Part shown: positions 39,998-54,076 of the stretch, one piece after another
Layout: the number at the start of each line of letters is the position of its first letter
Numbering within the stretch: the stretch's first letter is position 1
Made by a program: the position numbers and the translations under genes
From: Eledone cirrhosa
Taxonomy: Eukaryota
Assembly (NCBI GenBank): GCA_964016885.1
Contig: OZ024741.1
Coordinates: 289,106,001-289,170,000, forward strand
Direction of reading: 5' to 3'
DNA length: 64,000 bases
Notes under the pieces: model-generated
What the model was told of the DNA's origin: nothing
What the model saw: only the letters and a program-made list of their open reading frames with translations
Databases searched by the model: none

Positions 39998-40600
39998 TGG
40001 CTGCCAACTCGTTTTCGAGTACGGCCACTACTTTATATCCATGTAGGAGAACCCCTACCGATGCGCTGAACGAGTGTGACTTTTTAGTCCAGCCAGCGAC
40101 TTGAAAACTCTGGTACAAACACTACACTTGTGACAATTATTGACACATAGTGCTGGGCCCATGGTACCATGTGACGGCAAGTGCAAAGAGATCTCCAGAT
40201 ATAAAGCAATGCCTGTGCCGTGAAGCTTTTATAGTGAGCAAAGGCACTGCACAAAGCCAGTCCCACTCTCTTAACCAAGATGATATTTACCAAAAAGAAG
40301 AACAAGTCAACATCATTGGATACCATCAGGGTTGCAGGTGTTATATCAGAGTTTTCCTTCTCCTAGAATTCTGCCTTGACAAAGGCTAAGGGGTCATCTC
40401 TCCCAGTGATTTTGGATGGCCATTGACTCTTAAGAGCTCCTTTGCCCTTTGACAGGTTTTGTTTTTAGTCCTGCAGGATGTCCAAAGTCACCCTCCTCAC
40501 CAAGAAACCTTGGTGGGGTTGCCAGTTTAGTCGCCAACGACCCGACCATGAAACAGGTTGTACTGGGATACATGTTACCAGTAGCACCAAGTGGTGACCT

Positions 40601-40603
<3 letters not shown>
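39994..40603 (-). mobile_element. Fourth, full-length copy of the 610-bp RTE-derived element
   Basis: Reverse complement of 19744-20352; (TA)n on both sides. Confidence 0.88.
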
Positions 40604-40686
<83 letters not shown>

Positions 40687-40744
40687 TGTGTCTGTGTTTG
40701 TACTTATGCCTCGACAAATCCAAATCGATATAATAAGTACAAGA

Positions 40745-40990
40745 CTTCTTTTCTTCGTCCACTTACTCCTGAGAAAGTTGTGGGGGCAGAGTCCTCAAAC
40801 ACGCCCTCCAGCGGGTCCTAGCTGAAGCAACAATCTCCAACCTATCCGATTGGATCCCCAAGCGAGACCAGCCGAGATCATGGATGTTATCTAGACATCT
40901 TGCTCGGGGTCTACCTCTAGGTCTCTTACTTGTTGGTTTCGCCTGTAAAATCTGTCCAGCGATTCTTTCCAGAGACATTCTAACCACATA
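40745..40990 (-). mobile_element. RTE LINE 3' fragment
   Basis: LRYYGYVVRM...KRPRGRPRARCLDNI...RTRWR C-terminal motifs. Confidence 0.75.
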
Positions 40991-41994
40991 CCCATAGTAT
41001 CGGAGCTCATGCAAACCCTTACCTATGGTCATGACTCTTGGGTAATGTCTGAAAGAATACGACACCGAATACAAGCGGTCGAAATGGGGTTCCTCTGACA
41101 GGCCCGGAGTAACGTTACTCGATAAAGTGTGTAGCACGGAGATCAGAGATTCACTCCAGTTAAAGCCGCTACTCTGAATTGAAGTACAAGATTTGAAAAA
41201 AAAAAAAAAAATTCGGGTACGATAAGACCGACTAAAATCCCTTAAATGTGGTACCCCGCATTGGGCGACGTCTAATAAATAAAACTAGTAAAAGTATAAT
41301 AATTGTTTCTACTTTTGGCACAAGGCCACCAATTATCCCAGTGTATTACTGGTACATTATTTTATCGACCCCGTAAGGATGAAAGGCAAAGTTAACCTCG
41401 CATGGTGTCAGACCCTCTAGCGATACTGCCTATCCACCTATTCAGTATTTCCTCGCAAATTATATTTTGCTTTGATCTTTCATGTGTCAAATCTTGTTTA
41501 TACTCTGTTTATACACATGTATGTACTTAACAATATATGAGCTACATATGGAATTTACACTCATACATACAAACACACTTACATACACACACAGACACGC
41601 AAATCCAATACAACATCAACATTTCACGCAAAATAAATTACATATGAAATATAGACAATTAGGTGGTGAGTTCGATTCTCGGACAGAGTGGCGCATTGTA
41701 TCGTTGTGTTAGACACTTTATTTCGCGTTGCACCTTTCATCTCATTTGTTGAAAATGTAATTCTTGGAGCCTTGTTGCACATTGTGTCTGGCAGAACCTC
41801 CCAGAGAACCCTGTTAAAGGTGTCTTTGCCTCTGAAATATTTAGTCACTTACACGTTACTTTCATGAGAAGGCAGTTCCGTTGCTTGAAGCAACCGCAGC
41901 AGTCCTCGTCGGAAACGACTGAAGTCCGACAACAACACACACACACATACACACACTTGCACACACACATACATATATATTATATATATACATA

Positions 41995-42172
<178 letters not shown>

Positions 42173-42205
42173 TATACATACATATATATATATATATCTA
42201 CTTAC

Positions 42206-42258
<53 letters not shown>

Positions 42259-42689
42259 GCGTGTGTGTGTATGTACATACAAGTTTCTATACACATATAC
42301 ACATATACATATATATACACACATATATAGTATATATTCGCCAATGTCAATAGGAATCAACAACGACGACGTTATCTAACCTAAAACGAAACAATAAAGA
42401 AATATACACAAACAAACAAATAAACAAACAAACAAATAAATAACTAGATGTCTTATGTTGACAAGTAACAGCAATCAGTGCCTCAATCGGTTCATGTTAA
42501 CAGGACCGGCACACGTGCAATGCTCAGGTGTTAACATATCAGCACTTCAGCTCAGGTGTTCTAGTACCTACCTACTTGACGCCGAGTTTTTAAGAGGGAC
42601 ATTTTAAAATATATATTTTTTATTTTATTTTGTTATATTTTGTGTTTTATTTGTTGTTGGAGACCATTTATTGTGCTTATCATCAATAT

Positions 42690-45600
42690 TAATATCCGCT
42701 GCTACCAAGAGCAGGGCAGGCAACAAACGAAGAAGCCCCTTCCACGGTGAGTAGGAGGGCAACGTCCGTAGCACCCGTACCAAGGCCACGGACAACTAAA
42801 GAAGCATCATCAGTGGCGGCAACACCAATAGCTACATTTGAAGTAGCTACACCAGCATCAAAATTGCCGAAGAGGGCTCCACTACCACCACCAACAGCCG
42901 TGGAGCAGATACCCCTCCCAGACGCCACAGAATCCGACATGGAGTTTGAGGTGGGAGTGAAGTGTCAAACGGTCTGCCACAAAAAACAAAAAACAAAAAA
43001 CCCTTTAGATTCACCCTCCAAAAGCGAAGGCATACAAAGAGGGGTAAAGGCAGCAAGGAAACTTGCAGCAACACCACCACCATCACCACCACAAGCACCA
43101 CTGACAACAACAACCACACCACCACCAGCATCACAAAAAACACCAACAACGCAAACACAACAAGACACACACACCAAACAGCAACAAGAAGAAAACAGCA
43201 ACAAAATCACCCCTCCCCCAAAAAGTACACAGCCATAAACATGGCAAAAAAAAAGAACTCATACAATATATAAAGCAGCACACAGACATCACAGAAAAAA
43301 ACTACTACACCCCACCAACACCAAGAACTCTCCCGACAAACATAAGCATCATCGAAATCTCAATAGAACAGTACAAACCTTTAAAATAAAAATTCTCCAA
43401 CGCAGTTGGAGACTTCAGAGGGTCGGTTACCAAGAGGATGTACACTGACATCCTCTTGGAAACACCCATGACCAGCGAAAGGGACGGTTCTACTGTCCCT
43501 TCACCACACGATCAAGGTAAGTGAGCCTTTCTCACTTGCCCCGTTTCTCATCCAACATGGCCGTACTCAGAATAGGCAGTATAAATGCACGTGGCCTGGG
43601 GTCATCTTGGAAGCAGGGTCACCTGCTCAACGACCTCAGGTCACTAAACATAGATGTGGTGGCCATCAGTGAAACCAGAATCTCCGAAGCACAAGCCTTC
43701 GCACCGATCTTCGGCGGCTACGATGTATACGCATCTCCCAGCCGTCCAGGATCGGGGGAGGGGTTGCCGTCCTTTTTCGGAGAGGCTTGGATCTCGCGAT
43801 ACGGGCCATCTTCCAAGACCCAGAAGGTAAGTCGGTGGTGCTGGACGTGACCGGCAGCGAAGGCAATGCTTTCAGGCTAGTAGCCGTCTACAGCCCAACA
43901 GGGGCAGGACGGCCAGATTTCTTCAGACGTCTAGAGATCTTTCTTGGAACGTCCCGCTCTTTAGTGTTAGTGGGCGACTGGAACTGTATATTGGATGCAC
44001 GCTGGGATCGTGTGGGGCTAGTGGATAGGAGAGGAGGGTGAAAGAGCCTCACCAACCTGCTCAGACGTTTTGAACTGTCTGACAGGTATCGACTGGATCA
44101 CTCGAATGTGCCAATGTGGACATGGACAAATCGTATCGGGTCATCCAGATCGTATCTCGATAGGGTATTCTGCAGAGAACTAGATAAGGCTAGTATAAGT
44201 TGTCCACAATTTAAAATAGTCGACTACACAGACCACAAATTTGTGATCTGTGAGATCGACATAGACAGACTTCATAGACAAGGGTCTGGTTACTGGAAGC
44301 TGAACGCGTCTTTCCCGGCGCGCAAAGCCTACAGAGACCGGATTAGCGTATTAGTTAAGCGGGCGTTGACGGGAGCGGTCGTCAACAACAAGTGGTGGTT
44401 CGCCCTGAAAAGGGCAATTAAAGTAGAGTCGATTAGGTTTAGCAAAGGAGCAGTGATAGAGGAAAATAGAGTAGAGGGAGAGCTAGTCAGAAAGCTAGAA
44501 GAGGCGTTTAGAACAGGCATCACAACCGAGGTGCTTGCGGCGAGATTGGCACTCGACCAATTCCTCGATGCAAAACACGAAGGCTGCGTTGTCAGAGCTA
44601 GAGCGCGTGCTCTGAAACACGAGGGGACAAAAGCCGTCCAATGGGCTCGGGTGGCACAGGCGCGACGTGGCAACAAAGCAACAATTCGGTTTTTGTCTGA
44701 CCAAAACGGGTGCGTGATGCTCGAACCCGAGCGGATGTGTGAAGCTTTTCAGCAGCACTTTGCTGAACTGTTCAGGAGCGGCGGCGGCCCGGATCGGGGC
44801 ATGGACTTCAGTGCAAACCTCGACAGACTGCCTCGGCTCTCGACGACCGCAGCACAGTGTTGCGAAAAGCCAATAACAGCCGGTGAAATACGGGAAGCGA
44901 TGGCTAAATCGCCAGGTTTGGATGGTCTGCCCTACGACCTTTATGCATTTATGCCAGACTTGTTCGGTGAACTCTTGGCAGACGTCTACTGCAACTGGCA
45001 GCATAACGGGAGCATTCCCAGTTTTGTGAGCCGGGGAGCAGTGGCGCTGCTGAGAAAAGACCCGACCAAGGGGGATGTTATCGATAATTTCAGGCCCATA
45101 ACCCTGCTAAACTCAGAGTTCAAGATTTTGGCCAAGGTGTTAGCAACGAGGTTGGCGCTTGTCGTTGGTGGTCTGGTGGGAGAGGCGCAGACATGCGCTA
45201 TTCCGGACAGATCCATACACGACAGCCTCCACCTCATGCGATACATCATAGAGAGGGTGGTTAAGGAACCTGGCACGGGTGGGGCCCTGATCAATCGATA
45301 GCGTCGACCATCGGTACCTGGCGGCGGTCTTCGAGGCAGCCGGTTTCGGGCCCGTTTTCAGGCGTTGGATCGCAGCAATGTACAGCGACATCTGCTCAGT
45401 TGTGAGGGTGAACGGTCACCTGTCGCAGCCGTTCAGTATCATGCGCTCAGTCCGCCAGGGTTGTCCTCTCTCGTCCCTCTTGTACGTATTGGCTCTCGAG
45501 CCGATACTGCACAAACTGGGGGCGATGAGGGGCGTCCCACGCGAACTAGGATGCGGGAAATCCGAGTCGGTTACGCTGACGACGTTACCGTGGTGGTGTC

Positions 45601-47247
45601 GAGCACCAGACACGTCCAGATGCTCGGCATCGCTCTCAAGGAATACGAAACGGTGACAGGAACAAAGATAAACCAGGAAAAGTCGGTGGGCTTGCAGCTA
45701 GGCACCTGGAGAGGCAATTCCATGCCGTCCGACAGCGTCGTGGGGCGTTGGACGAACGGACCGGTTAAATTGCTCGGGGTCTGGTTCGGACCGGACCTCC
45801 AGATGGAGAAAAACTGGAACGAGGTGACGAGCAGAGTGGCCTCCCTCAAAAAGAAATGGGCTGAGAGGAAGCTGTCCCTGAAAAACCGGGCGGAAGTGGC
45901 GAATGCGTACATCGCATCCGTCATCTGCTACCCCCTCACCGTCGTCCCTTGCTCCAGCCCAACTCTCACCAAAATGGAGCGCCTCCTCTTCCGCTTTTTG
46001 TGGAAGGGACGCGCTCCCATGGTCAGACGATCCATCTGCTGTCAACACCCGTTGCGTGGAGGACTGGGCATGCCATGGCTGATGATGCGCAAACATGCGC
46101 TAAGGCTGTGACATCTCTGGTGCTTCCTTGATGGTGAACGGGTGTGGTCGCCGTTCGCCAGGCACATTTTCCCACAGCTCGTCTCCTTGACGGAGCTGCA
46201 GTCCTGGGTCAGAAAAAGACCGAGGGATAGCGCTTGGAAACTGGAATGTCTCCAGGCGCTCACTGCCCTCTCCCAGTTGGGCACCAGTATCGGTGGAACA
46301 TCCACCTCGGCGTTCTATAGAGGACTAGTGGGGGGGGGGGGCGACTACGTTCTCGGAGAGATCGTGGGCGTCGAAGAAGATCAGCTGCTTACTCTCTTCC
46401 GGAGAACTTTCAGCCCGGGGCCTATGGATAACTTCCAAAAATCCCTGGCCTGGCAGTGCTACCGGGGAGCGCTGCCGGTTCGAGATAAGCTCTACAGGCA
46501 CGGAAGTGCCGTCAGCCGAGCCTATCCGAGATGCGCGCATAGCGACGAAACCGTTGTGCACGCACTCGTTCAGTGCCCGAGCATTGCTGACTTGTGGAGC
46601 TATGTCGAACAGTTGCTGTCACGTGTGGGACTGATCCGGTTGTCGACTGAGTCCATTGTGCAGATGGTCTCACCGTCTTCCTTTGAGGAGGAAGGGCAGG
46701 CGGTTTTCATCTGCCTGGTGGCCATGGCGAAAGAGATTGTGTGGTGGACAAGGTTAAAAGGATTAAATACAAACACTTTTCTCTTCGGCGAAACCCTGAT
46801 TAACTTTTTCAAGTTTCACTTGAAGAGGAAAATCAGGGTGGAGAGGCAAGTGCTGCTTTCTAGCAAGTTTGTTGAAAGGTGTGTGAATGTAGCGAGAATG
46901 GTCCGAGTGAACGGGACCACTCTGAATATACGTCTGTAGTTTGAGAGATGGAAAAATTGAGAGAGGGTGCTTGCCCTGGTAGTCAGTGTGGCCGTGGTCT
47001 TTTGTGTGGTTTTCGCCACGAGTAACCCTCAGAGGTCTCCCCCCTACTGGGGAATTTTTCATTGTTTCAATTTTCATTTTATTGTTTATATATATATATG
47101 TTTTATGTCTTTTTTCTTTTCTTATATAAATAATAAAAATATTTACACGCACAAAACCCACATCGTACCGCCCTGTTCCGTCTGTGATGTTTTTCTTGAT
47201 GTCAGCCCTTGTGGCCAATAAAGAAATCATTATTATTATTATTATTG
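42690..47247 (+). mobile_element. L1/Tx1-clade LINE copy A (5'-truncated in ORF1, disrupted)
   Basis: ORF1 C-terminus, ORF2 from ATG 43557, 3' UTR, aataaa and (ATT)n tail. Confidence 0.93.
43557..46939 (+). pseudogene. ORF2 of copy A: APE endonuclease, RT and C-terminal Cys/His motif, with stops and frameshifts
   Basis: SINARGL, GDWN, SYLDR, TDH, KSPGLDG, FRPITLLN, VRQGCPLS, YADD, ETVVHALVQC. Confidence 0.92.
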
Positions 47248-47461
47248 AATGCTATGGTTGACGGAGGCTCGGCTCTGTAAGGTATTGTAAATTTTGACCG
47301 CTATAACAATTGTAAATTTTTTAAAACTTCAACCAACTTGTAGACAAAAACACCCTCCTCCTCGTGAGAGGGGTCTTTCTGCCCGTTATTTGGCCCTTCG
47401 GGGTTAAATAACTGCTTATTGGGGTTTTGTGCCCAATATTTATTTTAAACAAAAAAACAAC

Positions 47462-47824
47462 ATGGCTACGAAAAAGAATTTTCATAGGTCACTCCCACTC
47501 ATTCCGTCTTCTTCTTCCTCAATCGTCACTACAGCAGAGAGAAGATTGTCTCTCTCCTTCCCTTCATTAACTGTGTCTCTCTCCCTCCCTTCTCTTTCGC
47601 AAGCGACGACAGAAAAGAAAAATCTCGTGCAAAGCGTGCAAGATTTCTCCACGACGACGACGACAACGACGAAACAGGTGTGCGGGAAATACGAAAACCC
47701 ATTTCATTCGTCTGACGTCAGGAATAATAGCAGTAGCAGCCGTAATAACAACAGCAACAGTGACAAGGAAAACAACAGTAGCAGCCGCAACAGCATCAGC
47801 AGCAGCATAAACAACAACAGCATT

Positions 47825-47858
<34 letters not shown>

Positions 47859-49583
47859 ACAACAACAACCACAGCAACAGCGGCGCCGGCAGTAGTCGTA
47901 GTACCTGCAGCAACAACAAAAGTAACAGCAGCTCTGACGACAACAACAACAACAGCAGCAAAGAAAAACCAAACCCGTTTGCAGGTATCGCAAAGAACCT
48001 GGAAACCATCCTCATAACAAATGAGGAATTAGAGGAAGCGAAGAAGATGGTGACAAAAACTGGACACCGAGCAATCTGCAAGGCAGCGGAAAAATTTTTC
48101 AAAACCCAACAGCACTGTACGGTCACGTACCGTACAGTAAATACAAAATCCCGTAGGGTTGAAAGAGCCACAGAGGCTCAAATACAAAAAGCCTTGGGGT
48201 CTGTGTGGCAGCGGAAAACGCACATCACCCGAGGCAAGAAATATGCCACCGTAGACGTACTTTTTGCCACACCCCAGGAGGCAAAGGCTCAATCCTTAGT
48301 GACCCTAAGGAGCGAGGAAATGGTGTTGGTGCTCTCCTACTGCGGGCAAAAAATTGTGAGGGTCAAACTGACCCCCCTCCCCCAGGGATGGCCCCTTCTT
48401 GGCTGGCCGCGTCTGTCCTCGTCGGAATCGAGGACAAAACAACTGTACTGCAAGTACAGAAAAAAGTAAGAGAAGATTGGGTCGGCACCTCCATTGAGAT
48501 GTTAATCCAAACCAACCAGGAGTGCATCGGAGCTATCCCGGATGTGATAGACTTCGATAACGGCACTCAACTGCCCATAAGTGTTGAGGGCAAACGCCCG
48601 AAATGCTTTCGCTGTGGATCGAAGACTCACCTCAGGGCCTTCTGCAACGAGAAGACCCTGAGAACGGAGAAAACCCCCCTCCTTCCGAAACCGGCTCCAC
48701 GGCTACCAGCAACAGGACAAGCGGCAACCAGGAACGATAGGTCCGTGGCACCCATACCACGCCACGGAAATCAAAAACAGCAGCAGCAGTGGAAGTATTA
48801 ACAACAACAACAGCAATACCAAATGCAGCTGCAACAGAGACTCCAGTGCAAACATCACCAACAACAACAAGTGAAAGAGTGGAGCTGGTACCCCTCCCCG
48901 ACCTCACAGAATCAGACATGGAGTGTGAGGTGGGAGAGGGATGGCAAAAGGTCGTAAGAAGGCACAAACGCAGAAGCAGCGCATCGTCGCCTTTGAAAAG
49001 GGAGGAAAGAAATGAGAAAAGGGTAAAGTCTACTGCAAAGAGACTCACAGCAGCAACACCACCAACACAATCACCACCCACACTAGCACCACCATCACCA
49101 CCGGCGACAACCCCACCGCCAACAACACCTTCAACACCACCACCACAAGCACCAACATCGCAAACACAACAACAAAACACACACACCCAGCAACAACGAC
49201 AAGAAAATAGCAGAACCACACCCCACCCCCAGAAAAACAAATGCACGGCAATAAATACACACAACAAGAAACTAATGACTTACATAATTGAACACACAGA
49301 CATTTCACAACACGACTACATAATACCAGCACCAATCAAAACGCCAACTAACATAAGACTGCTAAAAATAGCACAGAAACAATACACAAACATTAAAACG
49401 AAATTCCCCAACGCAGTTGGTGATTTCAGAGACCTAGGAGGGACACTCAACCGAAGAGTATATTCGGACATACTCATAGAAGAGCCGACGACCAGCCGAA
49501 GGGACGATTCAACGGTCCCTTCACCAGACGATCAAGTGAAAAGGGATGGAAAAACCATCCCTCCTCTACGAAAAGTACGGTAA
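47462..49583 (+). pseudogene. ORF1 (gag-like) of copy B with a CCHC zinc knuckle; two frameshifts
   Basis: CFRCGSKTHLRAFC; Asn/Ser and Pro/Thr low-complexity tracts; C-terminus homologous to copy A (LPDxTESDMExEVG). Confidence 0.8.
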
Positions 49584-49618
49584 GTGGTCTTTCCCATCTT
49601 TTCCACTCTATTTTAAAC

Positions 49619-52600
49619 ATGACCTCACTCAGAATAGGCAGCATAAATGCGCGTGGCTTGGGGTCGTCATCGAAGCAGGGTCACCTGCTCAACGACCTCA
49701 GGTCACTAAACATAGATGTAGTGGCCATCAGCGAGACCAGAATCTCCGATCTTCGGCGCTACAATGTGTACGCATCTCCCAGCCGTCCTGGATCGGGGGG
49801 AGGAGTTGCTGTGCTTTTTGGGAGAGGTTTGGATCTCGCCATACGGGCCATCTTCCTGGACCCAGAGGGTAAGTTGGTGGTGCTGGACGTGACCAGCGGA
49901 GACGGGAAAGCTTTCAGGCTAGTGGCCGTCTATGCCCCAACAGGAGCATGGCGGCCTGATTTCTTCCGGCGTCTGGAGACCTTTCTTGGAACGCCCCGCT
50001 CTTTAGTGTTAGTAGGCGACTGGAACGGGATCTTAGATGCACGCTGGGACTGTGTGGGATTAGCGGATAGGGGTAGAGGGTGCAAGAGCCTCACCAACCT
50101 GTTCAGGCGTTTTGAATTGTCTGACAGGTACCGATTGGATTTCGCGAATGTGCCAATGTGGACTTGGACAAATCGCATATGGTCATCCAGATCATATCTA
50201 GATAGAGTATTTTGTAGGGAAATAGATAGGTCTAGCATAGGCTGTCCACAATTCAAGATAGTCAGCTACACGGACCACAAATTCGTGATCTGTGTGCTTG
50301 ACTTAGATAGGCTTCATAGACGAGTACCCGGCTACTGGAAGCTAAACGCGTCCTTACCAGCGCGCAAGGCCTACAGAGACCGGAGTAGCGAACTAGTTAA
50401 GCGGGCGTTGACGGGGGCCATCGTCAACAACAAGTGGTGGTTTGCTCTGAAAAGAGCGATTAGAATAGAATCGATTAGGTTTAGTAAGGCTTTAGCAATA
50501 GAGAAAAATAGAGCAGAGGGAGAACTAGTTAGAAAATTAGACGAGGCGCTTAGCAAAGGCATTGCAACCGACGTGCTTGCGGCGAAATTGGCCCTTGACC
50601 AATTCTTCAATGCAAAGCACGAAGGCTGTGTTGTCAGAGCTAGGGTGCGTGCTCTCAGACACGAGGGGACGAAAGCCGTTCAATAGGCCCGAGTGGCGGA
50701 GGCGCGTCGTGGCAACAAAGCCACGATCCGGTCTTTGGTGGACCACGACGGGCGCATGCTACTCGATCCCGGGCAAATGTGTGAAGCTTTTCAGCGACAC
50801 TTCGCTCAGCTGTTCGGGGGTATCGGGGGGCCGGGTCGAGGGATGGACTTTAGTGTCTACCTCCACGGACTGCCGCGGCTCTCGGCCACTGAGGCAGAGT
50901 GTTGCGAAAAGCCGATAACAGCCGCTGAAATACGGGAGGCAATGACTGGCTGCACAAGGGGTAAATCGCCTGGTTTGGATGGTCTGCCCTATGAACTTTA
51001 CGTACAGATGCCAGACTTGTTCGGAGGCCTCTTGGCGGACGTCTACTGCAACTGGCAACAGAACGGGAGAATTCCCAGTTCTGTGAGCCGAGGAGCGGTG
51101 GCACTGCTGAGAAAGGATCCGAACAAGGGGGATAACATAGATAATTTCAGGCCCATAACTCTGCTAAACACAGAGTTCAAGATTTTGGCCAAGGTGCTAG
51201 CAAAGAGGTTGGCGCTTGTCGTTGGTGGTCTGGTGGGAGAGGCGCAGACATGCGCCATTCCCGACAGATCCATCCACGACAACCTCCAGCTCATGCGATA
51301 CATCGTAGAGAGGGTAGCTAGGGAACCTGGCACGGGTGGGTCTTTGATCAATTTAGATCAGTCGAAAGCTTTCGATAGGGTCGACCATCGTTACCTAGCG
51401 GCAGTCCTGAGGGTGGCTGGCTTTGGGCCCGTCTTCAGAGGCTGGATCGCTGCCATGCACAGCGACATCTGCTCTGTGGTGAGAGTGAACGGTCACCTTT
51501 CGGAACCGTTCAACATCATGCGCTCGGTCCGCCAAGGATGTCCCCTCTCGTCCCTCTTGTACGTATTGACTCTCGAGCCATTACTGCACAAACTGGAGAC
51601 GTTGAGGGGGTCCCGCGCGAACTAGGATGCGGAAGATCCGTGTCAGCATATGCGGACGATGTCCCGTAGTGGTGTCGAACGCCAAACACATCGAGGCGAT
51701 CGGCACTACACTAAGAGAATACGAAGCGGTGACAGGAGCAATGATCAACCAGGAAAAGTCAGTGGGCCTGCAGCTCGGCACCTGGAGAGGCAGGTCCATG
51801 CCGTCCAACAGCGTCGTCGGACGCTGGACGGACGGACCGGTTAAATTGCTAGGGGTCTGGTTCGGTCCGGACCTCCAGACGGACAAAAACTGGGACGAGG
51901 TGACGAGCAGGGTGGCTTCTCTCACCCAGAAATGGGCGGAGAGGAAGCTATCCCTGAAAGGTCGAGCGGAGGTTGCTAACGCGTACATCGCGTCTGTCAT
52001 CTGCTACCGCCTGACCGTCGTACCTTGTCCTAAGCCTCGCCTGACTGCGCTGGAGCGTTTGCTCTTTCGCTTTTTGTGGAAGGGACGCGCTCCGATGGTG
52101 AGGCGGTCCATCTGTTGTCAACACCCGCTACGTGGCAGTTTTTATCTGTCTGGTGGCCATGGCGAAAGAGATAGTATGGTGGACACGTTTGAAAGGGTTG
52201 AAGACGAGCACTTACCTCTTCGGTGATGCCCTGATTAATTTTTCAAATTTCATTTGAAAAGGAAAATAAGAGTAGAGAGGGAAGTGCTCTCTTCCCAGCA
52301 TTTTGTTGAAAGATGGGTGAGAGAAGCAAGAATGGCCCGAGTGAATGGGCCTACTCTGAGTATATATCTGTAAATTAAAGGTGAAAACTGGGAGAGGGCA
52401 CTTGCCTTGGTGGTCAGGGTCACTGTGGCATTTTACTGGGCTTTCTCTACAAATGTCCCTCCGAAGTCTCCCCCCCCCCCCCTATTGGGGAATTTTTCAT
52501 TGTTATTTTTTTGTTACATCCTTTGTTTTTGTTTTTTACACGCAGAAATGCCCATTTGTACCGTACTGTATTGTCCTGCACTGTCCTTAATGTCTACTTT

Positions 52601-53574
52601 ATGTAAACCCTTGTGGTTAATAAAGAAATCATTATTTTTAGGGACGTGCTCCGATGGTCAGGCGGTCCATCTGTTGTCAACACCCGCTACGTGGAGGGCT
52701 GGGCATGCCGTGGCTGATGATGCGCAGGCACGCGCTCAGGCTACGACATCTCCACCTCTTCCTCGACGGTGATCAGGTGTGGTCGCCGTTTGCTAGGCGC
52801 GTATTTCCCCAGCTCGTTTCCTTGACGGAGCTGCAGTCCTGGGTCAAGCGAAGACCGAGAGGGAGCGCCTGGAGACTGGAATGTCTTCAGGCGCTCACAG
52901 CCCTCGACCAATCGGGCAATGTGATCGGTGGAAACTCCACCTCGGCGTTCTATAGAGGATTAGTGGAGGGTAAGAGCGACGACGTACTTGGGGAAACTCT
53001 AGGCGTCGACGAAAATCAACTAGCCAATCTCTTCGGAAGAACTTTCGGGCCGGGGCCTATGGACAACTTCCAGAAATCTCTGGCCTGGCAGTGCTACCGA
53101 GGAGCCTTGCCAGTTCGGGATAAACTCTACAGGCATGGAGGTGCCGTCAGCCGGGCATGTCCGAGATGCGCGCAGGGCGACGAAACCGTCCTGCACGCAC
53201 TCGTCCAGTGTCCGAAAATTGCTGACTTGTGGGTTTATGTCGAACAGCTGCTGTCGCGTTTAGGACGGATCCGGCTATCATCTGAGTCCATCGTGAGGAT
53301 TGCCCCGCCCTCCTCCTTTAGCCGGGAAGGGCAGGCAGTTTTTATCTGTCTGGTGGCCATGGCGAAAGAGATAGTATGGTGGACACGTTTGAAAGGGCTG
53401 AAGACGAGCACTTACCTCTTCGGTGATGCTCTGATTGACTTTTTCAAATTTCATTTGAAAAGGAAAATAAGAGTAGAGAGGGAAGTGCTCTCTTCCCAGC
53501 ATTTTGTTGAAAGATGGGTGAGAGAAGCAAGAATGGCCCGAGTGAATGGGCCTACTCTGAGTATATATCTGTAA
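49619..53574 (+). pseudogene. ORF2 of copy B: APE, RT and CCHC
   Basis: Same motifs as copy A plus LDQSKAFDRVDH, YADD near 51649 and CPRC...HALVQC; premature TAG at 50684; interrupted at 52136-52639. Confidence 0.93.
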
Positions 53575-53833
53575 ATTAAAGGTGGAAAACTGGGAGAGGG
53601 CACTTGCCTTGGTGGTCAGGGTCATTGTGGCTTTTTACTGGGCTTTCTCCACAAATGTCCCTCCGAAGTCTCCCCCCTATTGGGGAATTTTTCATTGTTA
53701 TTTTCATTGTTATTTTTGTTACATCCTCTGTTTTTGTTTTTTACACGCAGAAATGCCCATTTGTACCGTCCTGCATTGTCCTGCACTGTCCTTAATGTCT
53801 ACTTCATGTAAACCCTTGTGGTTAATAAAGAAA

Positions 53834-53890
<57 letters not shown>

Positions 53891-54029
53891 GTAGTAGTAG
53901 TAGTAGTAGTAGTAATATTATTGCTATTATGAGTGCTACTTATATGAGTTACTGGGCGTGAATCTGGAATGAATGCCGTGTATGTTGTGTACTCACACAC
54001 ACTCACTCACACACACACACATATATATA

Positions 54030-54073
<44 letters not shown>

Positions 54074-54076
<3 letters not shown>

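Larger units (their letters stand above)
47248..53890 (+). mobile_element. L1/Tx1-clade LINE copy B, apparently full-length, internally rearranged
   Basis: About 210 bp 5' UTR, ORF1, ORF2, aataaa, (TTA)n tail. Confidence 0.94.
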
